Positions 51,921-62,717 of a DNA stretch of 64,000 bases are shown piece by piece. Each line of letters opens with the position of its first letter. The first letter of the stretch is position 1. The notes under the pieces are model-generated. The model was not told the origin of the DNA, searched no databases, and saw only the letters and a list, made by a program, of their open reading frames with translations. This DNA comes from Dicyema japonicum (taxonomy: Eukaryota > Animalia > Dicyemida): the NCBI GenBank assembly GCA_011109175.1, contig RDEW01000084.1, positions 24,862-88,861 of the forward strand, given 5' to 3'. A program made the position numbers and the translations under genes.

Positions 51921-53259
51921 TCAGGGCGGCAGATATTGACCATTTGCTCACTTTTTCAAAACAAATTGTTTTATTGTTTCCATAGGAATTTTTTTATCGT
52001 TTATTAATAATTGTAAAAATTATGTTAATTTCACTTTTAAATCAAATAGATATTTTTAATCTAAAAAATTATTTATATATTTCTTTAAATTTTAAAATTA
52101 ATTTTTCTTAAGTTGTTGTGTTCGTAAAATTCCGAACAATTACTTGAGTATAAAATATTGCTTTTTATTTTAAAGATTGGCTATTATTTTGGACTTTGTA
52201 TGCATAAAAGCTGGATTCATGTCTTCCTTGCTAATACCTTTATTTTCATGACAAGCTATCAGAAGACATAAAGGACTTCTGAAGTTGAGTGTACAGAAGA
52301 TCATTGTAAACAAGTCCCTTCCCCTCCCACAGCATGTATCTTCAGGTTGTACCACGAGATCATTGCTTCCATTACTGAGTATGGGTTGGAGGATTCCTTT
52401 TCTTGTTGGATGATACAGTAACCAATTTCTTTATTTTTAGAGTAAGTTGACATTACTTTTGACTTCTACGGACTCTCGAAAGTTACTACCTTTATTATGT
52501 GGAGGTTGTGTAGAGAATTTTAAGTAACAATAAAGTTGAGTATCAAAACCTCAATCATCATATATTGCAGATATCGGTATGAAGAGTTATCGGGGGATAT
52601 AACCATCATGGAGGTGGTTGTCGATAAAATTGTAGAGGAAACATGATCTCTTCTTGAAATGAATGGAAGTAATATACGTTAAGGATGAAATTTATAAAAT
52701 AAAAAACATAACAAATTCATGACGAAAATAATTGAGTTTCTTTTAAATCTTCGACTAAAATTAAGATGAGTCTTAGATTATTATGTCCCATTCACTATCT
52801 TTTGGTGAGATGGTTACGTGCCTCGTTTCTCGGTTGGACAACTGTTTAGAAAAATGTCTAGAAAGCACAAGACACAAGAGGCTCAGCACCTCACTTTCTG
52901 AAGATGAAACTGACACGCTTTTGTAATCAAACAAATTAAAATTTATTATAATAATATGATTATAAAATTATTTAAGAAAAAAAGTGAGCATATGGTCATA
53001 TAGCGGCCTGACTCTTAAACTTATCTAGTCCACCATTTTCTCATACATCCATCTAACCAATTTTCGACGTGGTTCACCTTCAACTAAAAAACCACAATTA
53101 TTCCCATGTCAACCTTTGGAAAGTCGGACTAAATGATGACGACTATTGATTGAGCGGGCGCATAGCTTTGAGCGACCGGTATTTGCTGCGACCTATTTAA
53201 TGGCTACTGAACTCCCCTGGCCTCCATTGACATTTTTAAGATCTTCGACGGGATTTCCT

Positions 53260-54160
53260 GGCACGTTGTCTCCAATAATATAACCGCATCAAGTATTCCT
53301 CCATACATACAGAGATGACTGAAATCATTTCTCTGGCAGGCTGGGACGTACCTTGATTAAGTCAAATAAATTTTATAAACGTTACTTCCCAAACGGAGTT
53401 CCCACAAGGCTTTGTCCTCTCTCTGAATTTGTTCAACCTCTACCTGAGTTGCATACCCGACCTGGAAAATACGGTGGTCTTGTCTTATGCGAACAACTTG
53501 ATCCTCGTGGCCTGGGATAAAAACATTACTTTACCTGTGATTGCCTCCAAACACACTTGGATTCTCTAGAGTCCTGGTTTAAACCAACCATCTCTCCGCA
53601 TCCCCTCCAAGTCCAGCGTCACAGTTTTCACTTCCGTGACATAAAACCGAACCAAAAATCTTCGGAGATGTCCTTCTGGAGTAATCTACGACCAATGCCT
53701 TGCATTCTCCTTCCACTTTCACCACGTGGTTGCAAAGGCTAACAAGAAAAGAAACACCCTCCAAGCGGTAGCCGAATCCATCTTTAGACATGACAATTCC
53801 TAACCACCTCCTGATTAAACCAAGTCAAAGTCAATGCATGACCACATCTCTACCAAAGCCATCCAAAGACTGATTTGAACGACCTGCTGGATGGTCCTCC
53901 CAACATTGGTGGATGATTCAGAGATTTCCCTCGATAGAGAAACAATGAGGACCCTTGCAAAACTACATTCTGGGCACTTACTCCTTAGGCTCTTGGCCTC
54001 AACCACAGGACCAATTATCATTAATTCTACAGGAAGATCTCTCCTGCCCGGGACCTCCTGTGAACACCAAAAACTTGTGGAACCGTCCAGCACAGCTGCT
54101 AGATGGCTGAAAGCGATCGGACTCATACAAGATAGTGAGGTTGGGGCTAATAAGGAACTA
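53260..54160 (+). mobile_element. I/L2-like LINE, RT to 3' end, decayed
   Basis: GVPQGFVLS..LFNLYL and LAKLHSGHLL..SCEH..WLKAIGL. Confidence 0.65.
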
Positions 54161-54169
54161 ACTTATAAC

Positions 54170-55150
54170 TAGGGCAACCGGAAGGTTGCTCTTACAAATG
54201 TAAAAAAATGACCTTAAAAGTCAACTAAATTGCTTAAAACACAACATTAAATAATATTTAACATTTTCAGGTCGGAAATTTCTATCTTTCGTTAAAATTT
54301 TATGAAAAATTAATAATGATCTCTCTACTTCACACGATGTTGCTAGGCAATCCAGTAATAATGAGTGATCAAATGGAAAAATTGGTAATTTAGATGTCTC
54401 CATTATTTCTAAAATTTCGTTTCTTAACATCCGTTTGCTTATGTAGTCTCCAATTTTACAGGAATCTTCTTTAAAATCTGTATTTTTTTAAAAATGATAT
54501 GCTTTTGAAATAGTAAATTTATTTGATTCAATTTCCTTTAAAATATCTGTTAATAAATGATATTCTCGCTTATGTCTTTTAAATTTGAAGTAATTGATTC
54601 ATCACGGATTCCTTTTGTATTAATAAAGATTCCCTTCCATACCATTGCGAATATTGATGATTTCTGTTAAATTTTTTGAGTAATAGTTAGCGCCATTTAA
54701 CCAACCAACGCCACTTCCAATCTCTCGAACACCTCTGGTAACAGGCCTAGCCAATTGGGGGAAACGGTCTTTGAACCAAACATTACAATAGAGGATTTCA
54801 AATTAGTCGTAAAAGTATTTATTTTAGCTGAAAACCTAAACAAGCAATATTACGAAGATGTCGAAGAGTAACATTCAATCAGGATTTTTGCGAGTATTTT
54901 CTGTGCGATTCACCATTGGGATCAGCTTAGTCCATATTTATGCACTCTAGGTCACCTCCCAAAAGTACAAGATTTACCTGAAAATCTAAGAAACAGAATG
55001 CCATTGCAAACATCAAGAGATTTTGCTGAGTGTTTTGGGAAAGTTTAAAAGAGTAAGGGCAGCCTCACTGCTGAGTCTGTGTGGTCAATGACGAGTGAAA
55101 GGACGTTTGTTAAGAAATTATATGAAGATGAAGTCTCTGATTCTTCCTCA
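54170..55150 (-). mobile_element. hAT-like transposase 3' part
   Basis: PVTR..GWLNGANYY and CLATSCEVERS..ILTKDRNF; terminal TAGGGCAAC at 54170. Confidence 0.65.
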
Positions 55151-55709
55151 TCTATCCACAAATTGACTACATCAATTTTGCTTTTAATTTTTTGTACATA
55201 AATTATTTATTTAACAAACTACCCCCAATTAAATACTTGAATGCTTCCAGAATCCATGATACGCATAAACAGTGGAATGTGGCTGTCGTGACTTGAAGAA
55301 TCTGACATTCTGCCGATACATGCTTGTGTGGGGTTAAGGAAGGATCTTAAGACGTGTTGAGGTCTCTGCTAGAGCGTGCTGGGATCACGTGAATAGTTAG
55401 TTCTGTCTAATCGTAGTCCTTGGTATTATTAAATTTTCCAAATTAATAAAATTTCAAGAAAAATTCAAGAAATGTTAATGAGCCCAGTTAATACTATAAT
55501 TGAGACAGTTGACTTATATTTCGTTTTGGTTCGTTTCTATTCATGATTATAATCAGGGTCACTTATTTGAGTTTCATGACAACCAGATAATACGGAATAG
55601 CTCCTCCAAGATTGAATCCAAATATGACATCACATATGACTTTCAACAAACACGTTAGCAACGTCATCCCCTCTTCCAAATTGTACATATTTTTTTAAAT
55701 GACAATTAT

Positions 55710-55967
55710 TTAACAAAAAACAAATGTTAGTTGAAGAAGCCGGCTGCGTGGATCGAGAACGAGTTTCTCTCTGTGTATGGCCATTCCAATCTTTTGTCTC
55801 AGCCATAACCCTTCTCGTTGATCCCTTTTCTTTCGGGCAAGCATTCCTCCGAGTTCGTGCAAGAACTCAGCTTCATTGGACCAACGGCTCCCGATAACTT
55901 GGCCGCAACAGGAGTAAATCGGTAACGGTCCCTCGAGGCATGAAATATTTCTTGATTTTTAGGTTTT
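55710..55967 (-). mobile_element. CRE 3' end fragment (subfamily A)
   Basis: RYRFTPVAAKLSGAVGP; matches 7320-7577. Confidence 0.85.
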
Positions 55968-55989
55968 TTTCTAAAAATAAAATTTGTTA

Positions 55990-56310
55990 TGTTGTCCAAT
56001 TAAGTCACGTCCGACCCTTGGAGATCTCATGAACAAGTTTCCCTCCACTTCCCCGATCCGTTGCAATTTGGAGTAGCCTTGATATAGGCATCCCCGTGAC
56101 GTCTCCCACCTTGAATAGCCACCGAGTCCTCGGTCGGCCAGGTCTTCTCTTCCCAGTAATATTGCTCAGCATAATGGTTCTTTCCAGTGAATCAGAGCGG
56201 ACAATATGCCCAAAGAACGCCAATCTGTGTTTTACGATTCTTCCTTCTAGCGAATGTCCGTCTCACCCGTTGAGTAATCGATGTTTGTTATTTTGGAAGT
56301 CCAAGGGATT
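55990..56310 (-). mobile_element. RTE (BovB-like) 3' fragment
   Basis: FFGHIVRSDSLERTIML..GKRRPGRPRTRW. Confidence 0.7.
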
Positions 56311-56339
56311 CTTAGTAACCTCAAAAAATAATGTTTAAT

Positions 56340-58051
56340 TTAAAAAAAATGTCAAAAAAAGGTTTCTATAAAAAAGTTTTTTAGCTCAATTCAACTTTTT
56401 AGATTTTTAGGTCAGTTTTTAATGGTCAATTTGTAAATAAAATTTAAATAATATAATTTTATCATAATTTTAAAGAATCAAAATAAATTTAAAATAATCG
56501 CGTCATTTCTGTCTTATTGTACAAATCTTTAACTAAATTACAGTACATATGTCTAAAATAAACCTTCCGATTTTAAAAAAGCTAAAAATATTGTGAAAGT
56601 GAAAGAGTTTTCAATTACACCGAATGGAATGCTTTTTTGTAAATTATGTGAGTTACCCGTAACTTGCAAGAAACAATTTTTTGTCAACAAACACAGGGAA
56701 ACACAGAAGCACTCTTCACGAATAAATATATTCACAAACAAAAATCAATTGAATATTGTTCCAAATGATTTCTTCAGAAATTTGCAACAGACGTAACGGA
56801 GCATTTGTATCCGCAAACATTCCACTCTATAAATTGAGGAATCGAGCAATTATCAACTTATTCGAATATTGGGCATCCACTTCTTCAGTTTGCTTATTCA
56901 TATAGTAGAAATTTTAGCTCAACGAAAGATATCCAAAATAATTAATTTAATTTCAAATAAGAAAGTTTGTTTGAATAATTTAATTGTTAAGGTTTTATGA
57001 TTGTGGACGAAACTGATGTTGGGAGAAACAAATTTGATAAATGTCTACTTGGAACGTTGGCAAATCTGCAAAGCTAATAGATTGTGTAAAAATTGATTCC
57101 TCCGAATTCGTCTATCATCAGTCAAATTATTGATGACACTATTCGGAAAATTAATGTTGAAAGAAACAATTTTTCTCTCCTTATAACCGATGCTGCTCCA
57201 CATATGGTTTCTGCAGGAAATACTCTCAAGTTATTATATTCTACACCATATTACATGTTTTACTCATTTAGTGCATAATTGTGCACTTAAATCAAAGTAT
57301 ATTATCCCAAAGTCGACAAATTGATTGCTTGTATTAAAGCATTGTAAAGAACAATTATCGAAGACAATTGTTTAAAGAAATTGGGTACCCACCATAACCA
57401 ATAGTTACGAGATGGGGAGCTGGCTTAAGGCTGTTTTTTACTATGCTACAAACCTGCCAAATGTTATTCAAATATGCACTTCCATAGAAGGAGATTCTTT
57501 GTTTATTAAAGAGCGAAAGAATGTTTATTTAATGGACAACTTCATGAAGATCTAACGACGATAATATCACAATATTCACATTTATTTACATTTGCTTGAT
57601 GATTTAGAATCTACAATTTCACTATAAAGCATACAATTATTTGAAAAAATTGGATTTTAAAAAGAAGACGTATGTGGAATAAAAAATTATATTAACAAAA
57701 GGATGAATTTTAATATCACAAAAATAATGAATTTCGATGATCATTCCATTTCACTTTATTCTTTGTTGATTGAATGTCAGGCTACATCGTGCGCAGTGGA
57801 ACGATCATTTTCGATTATTAACTAAATCTTATCCAAGGATAGGAATTTTAAATCGATAATGTAAAATATACTTAATTGTGAATAACTCGATAAACGATGA
57901 ATAAAATTAGTTTACATTTTCATAAGCGTAGTTTATACATGAAATAAAATTGTAAGTCAATTTTTCGGTCAATTTTTAAAATTTTAAGATCAATTAAATT
58001 GACTTTTAAAGGCAATTTTAATTTTTTTAAGTCAATAAAAATGTTGCCCTA
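56340..58051 (+). mobile_element. hAT-like transposon (BED-type zinc finger), frameshifted
   Basis: FCKLCELPV..VNKHRET..KH, FVSANIPLYKL, PIVTRWG and CQATSCAVERSFS; terminal GTTGCCCTA at 58043-58051. Confidence 0.8.
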
Positions 58052-58744
58052 GTGATCAGTAACCGAACATTATGATCCATATTCAGTTGAACTACTTAGT
58101 AATATGGGACCATTCAATTAGTTGGCATTTAATTGTCTGCATTATTTAAAAAATAGAGACTCCAACACTTCATGATAATTTTAGCATAAATATATTTTTT
58201 GGTAATCAAAAGAATAGTTTTGGGCAAAAATTAGAGTCCAAATTGACAAATTTACCAAAATTTTTCATTAAAACATGTTGGATTAAGGCTCGGAGTCAAT
58301 GGATACAAGTTTGAGAGAAAGTATTCATTTCTCTGTAAATTTAAGTTAAGAATAAAGGTAGATAAAAAATCTATCAGAAGATAGCAATATACTTGTATCG
58401 AGGTATATAATTATCAAATAAAAATATAAATTTTTGAAAATAAGCAAAAAATCTGAAAGACTGAAACCAATTATCACAGAAAATTCAAATAGTGGAGAAC
58501 AATCCATATTGTAGTTACCAAAATATATATATTTAAACACTTTGACAACAGCCTTCAACACTATTTGATAATCCAATATGTATAATTTTGAAGAAAATAT
58601 ATTATAATTCCTAGAAAAAACGATAGAACGTATACCAAAATAGTCGACTACTAAAATGTGATGAATGCATGTCAAATAGTGTATTAATTTAAATTAAATC
58701 AATTCCAAAGACCACTGTTAAACCGAAAAAACTAAACTTAAACT

Positions 58745-59203
58745 TTCCCTTGAGAAGCTTGTTGCTTCCAGTTTCTATTAGATATTTCGCGACTTCTCTC
58801 AATTCATACTTTAGTGCCATATGTAAAATATTTTCTTTTTTGTCAGATTTCATTACTTCAAGTTGTACACCTGGATTATCTTTCATAAACTAAACTAGTA
58901 AAAATAGTTATTGCTTTTTTAATCAAATTTAAAGAATTCTGTTTATCTTGATTTTGAAAATGTTCAATCAAGGTTTTGTAGACATCAATAAACTCGTCAG
59001 GATTTAACTCGGCCACCGTGAAGCTTTTACGAATACAGGTTATGTCTAGCTTTTCGATTTCTCGAAACAGGGCTGATTTGTTTTCAACCTTGTTTAATGT
59101 GTTAGATTAAATCACTAACTTGATTTCTTTCATTTATTTGTTTTTGTAACTCGCGAATATCACCGTCAACGTTATAATCTTTTCTATGCAAATCAAACTC
59201 CAT
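58745..59203 (-). CDS. Ankyrin-repeat protein, 5' part; exons 59203-59120, 59088-58915, 58889 to about 58745; 3' end unresolved
   Basis: A 31-nt GT-AG and a 25-nt GC-AG intron join an open frame MEFDLHRK...KENILHMALKYELREVAKYLIETG (ankyrin-like LH..A..G pattern). Confidence 0.7.
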
Positions 59204-59239
59204 GAGTGATATTAGTACGTGTAGTTATGTTTATATCGT

Positions 59240-59760
59240 TATAAATATCGTATCCATGACGAATTAATAATAGTAATCTTGAATCGATCTATCCTCATTT
59301 GAGTAATAAAGAAATAAGAAAAATTTCCATCAATTTTGAAACCAGTCGGACTCGACAACAGTGATAGGGAAAGATCGGATTGGGTACCATCTGAAAAAAC
59401 GTTTTTTTTCTGGGCATTATTAAAATGTTCAAAGTTCATTTTAATAGACACAAATTGGAGTATCTTACTGGATTATTGGAAAAAGTAAACAGATGAATCA
59501 TATAAAGATTTGAACCCTAAAGACACTGTTCTATTTATAAAAATAGCTAAGGAAGATGTATCTCCTGAAACGATCGAAATGTTCAAAGTCCATTTTAATA
59601 GACAAAAATTGGAGTAACTTACTGGATTATTGGAAAAAGAAAACAAATGAATCATATAAACATTTGACCCATAGAGAAATTGTTCTATTTATAAAAATAG
59701 TTTGGGAAGATGTATCCCCTAAAACGATCGAAAATTATTTTAAACTTCTAAAATAATCCG
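59240..59760 (+). mobile_element. pogo DDE C-terminal remnant with a diverged internal duplication of about 154 nt
   Basis: GIIKMFKVHF..EDVSPETIE occurs twice. Confidence 0.55.
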
Positions 59761-60049
59761 ATACAACCACACCGTTAGTAATTTTGAACCTAGTTTAAGA
59801 AATATTATCCAAGGCGGATATTTACAATTCGATTGAAATCAAAAATTTATGTCGATAAATTATTNGATAATATTTAATCTGTTGAATCTCTTACGGGGCA
59901 GCAGTCTAAAAAATGAAATATAGGTGAATTAAATGAACCCAAATTTATTATGTTAAGACTCTAATAACAAAAAATCATTTAATTAAATTTAATGCGCAAC
60001 TTCATTTTGCTTTTGTTTTAACAGTATTTTTTCAAAAAAGGAGTAAGAT

Positions 60050-60600
60050 TGGTCGACGCAGTACATAATAGTTAGGTGAGATCCTCATCAGTTAGACGGT
60101 TACGAAATTTTGTTATGATAGATACCAATTTACTAAAGAGCGATTCACATGCATATGTTGACGCAAATACTGAAGAAATTTTTTGAACATGACATATTAA
60201 ATTAGGATATTTCCCATATAAAATTTGACATAAAAATTCAAGTATTGTACACTTATTAAATAAAGATATCAAATTTATATCCGACTGTAATTCTAACAGT
60301 TCCATTTGAAATTCGTCAGGAGCGAAGGCCGAATCAATATGAATGGGTACTGAGAATACTTTTGATGAGACTGCATTGATTGAATGATGCATTGTCTTTA
60401 TTCTCAGAAAGTGAAATAAATTATGTTGTATCGCAAGATGAAATTTGATTTCTCCAAAGGTGAAGGTTTGCAATAAAGGCAGAGACTTTTCACTACAATT
60501 CGTGACATAGCTCGTTCCAAAATTCTCTGAGTATTTCAATCTCTTTCGTAGAGCCATGTATGAACCTCAATGTTAGAATTTCCTCATAAATCTGGAAATA
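60050..60600 (-). mobile_element. hAT (SPIN/GTF2IRD2-like) transposase C-terminal half
   Basis: FQMELLELQSD..YPNL..FASTYACESLFS..RNRLTDE. Confidence 0.8.
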
Positions 60601-60741
60601 TGACAATAGTTTGTTTCATCATTTCACCATCTGGCCTAAATTCACTATATAAATTTAATTTGAAAAAAGTAGCTAAGGGGCCGGAAATAAAATTCATCGG
60701 CCCGCTATTGAGGAACGTCGACCCAAACTAACTGCAATTTC

Positions 60742-60979
60742 AAATACATTTTGAAAACTTAAAGTATTGTCAACATCGAATTATTTCCTCAGATAAATCA
60801 ATATGATTCTACATTTTATTGTTAAAAACTAGCGTAATTTTTTGAGAATCTCTAAAATTTAAATACATTTTGAAAACTTAAAGTATTGTCAACATCGAAT
60901 TATTTCCTCAGATAAATCAATATGATTCTACATTTTATTGTTAAAAACTAGCGTAATTTTTTGAGAATCTCTAAAATTT
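60742..60979. repeat. Exact 119-nt tandem duplication
   Basis: aaatacattttgaaaac... starts at 60742 and 60861. Confidence 0.9.
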
Positions 60980-61019
60980 AATACGACATGGTTTTATGTC
61001 AATATTTATTATTATTATT

Positions 61020-61420
61020 ACCCCCAGGATCACTGGGTCAAAGAGAAAGAAATAAAAGTTCTCATCTAACTAAGTGATCCCAGACCGACAAAGGTGAGGA
61101 CGAGTCCGGCGGGGTCGAGAATCCTGAACAGCTCTTCTCATTGGACATGGCATCGGCTCAAAATTTCTGTATGATTGTAGATAATTCGATAGTATTTGGA
61201 ATAGAGGGCAGCTCGGTAGGATAGCCTCCTTTAATAGTTTTCGTTGTAGTTCGATTAAAAAGTTTTCAATAGGTTGGATATTGTGATCTGGTCCAATTAA
61301 CTTTATTGCAGTCTCCTCGATTGCAGATAATTTCAATGTGGAAGATCGTGACATTTGCATTGCCCATGAAGGGCTTGCATACGTCATCGTTGGTCTGATA
61401 AATGTCAATATTTGTTTCAT
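61020..61420 (-). mobile_element. L2-like LINE 3' end
   Basis: FIRPTMTYASPSW..CPLF; conserved GGGATCACTTAGTTAG tail. Confidence 0.7.
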
Positions 61421-61787
61421 CGTAAAATTCTTTCAACTTTTCAAATTATTCTATTATATCATAATGAATTTTATGAATGTTCGTCATTTCAAAAATGTTC
61501 ATTAATACATTTTATTTATATAAAATGAAAATAAATCATAGAAATTTGATGTTTGGCCTAAGTTAAATTGTTTATCTTTGTTTTATTTTATTCCTATCTG
61601 AAGAGCTGCAGTCTATGATTACGATTTTTACTATTTCGATGGTTTTTAAATTTGTGAGATAACTTTTTAAATTTAAAGCCTCTGGACCAATCAATTGTCA
61701 TCTTTTGGTATTTTTTAAAAATAGTATTTAGCTAAATTAACTCTAATTTAATTCATATTTATAAATAAGAATCTAAGCTACAAATTT

Positions 61788-62413
61788 TTATAAAAATGAA
61801 TCGTTTTTTAGTTTAGTCCTTGAAAATTCAATGTCAGAATTAATCATTTTAATCAAATTTTCTAATAATAAAATAATTAAGACTACCAATGGAAGAAAAC
61901 GACATCTCCTTTCGTATGAATCCAACAATGACTACTTTAATTGTACTTCCATAGAACGAATGTTCAAATTTTGAATCAATGTGTACTTCCTTGAACGTTA
62001 AATCATAAAATTACTATTGATCTCGTGGAATTAGAATAAAATGGATTCCATCCAATACTGCAAACCATGATGTTGTAATTTCCATCATCGACTGAGCAAT
62101 ATCCATAATAGATCCCACCGGATAGTTCATCTGGGATACCATTGACAGTATCTTGATTTAGATTTGCTGTATTTATTATGGAATTTTCTTTAAACCAGTT
62201 GAACCATGATGTTGTAATTTCCATCATCGACTGAGCAATATCCATAATAGATCCCACCGGATAGTTCATCTGGGATACCATTGACAGTATCTTGATTTAG
62301 ATTTGCTGTATTTATTATGGAATTTTCTTTAAACCAGTTGGAATCCCCAATTCTTTAGAACCGCGACCAAATCCATGAACAACTGTACCACTAAACAAAT
62401 ATGGGAAATTCAT
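61788..62413 (-). CDS. RFK: Riboflavin kinase; exons 62413-62335, 62166-62015, 61989-61887, 61861-61788 (the assembly carries an extra 139-nt duplicate)
   Basis: Spliced frame gives [40 protein letters not shown] and VGFIRKE; introns 29, 25, 25 nt, all GT-AG. Confidence 0.93.
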
Positions 62414-62717
62414 AACGTTAATTTAATTTATTATTAAAAAAATCATTTTTTATTAAATAATTAAAATTAAGTTTATTCTTTAATCCGATTCTAAAGGATA
62501 ACTTTCTCATTAATCAATAACGAAGACTCATCTTTGGGATCCAATATAGACTAGCAAGTCTAGGAAACAACTAAAAACTTGAAACTAAAATTAGTTTTTG
62601 AAAATAAAATCAGATTCCCGGTTACGACCTATTCCAAAATAACAAATTGAAAATATTTAATATATTTTGCGAACATCAGAGAAAAGACATAGGCACTAGG
62701 TAAAAAATAATCTGGTA

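Noticed and set aside
50270-53215. Penelope GIY-YIG remnants (50270-50500 and a related 40-mer at 53170)
   Set aside because: The GIY-YIG motif is not visible and similarity is too weak to call
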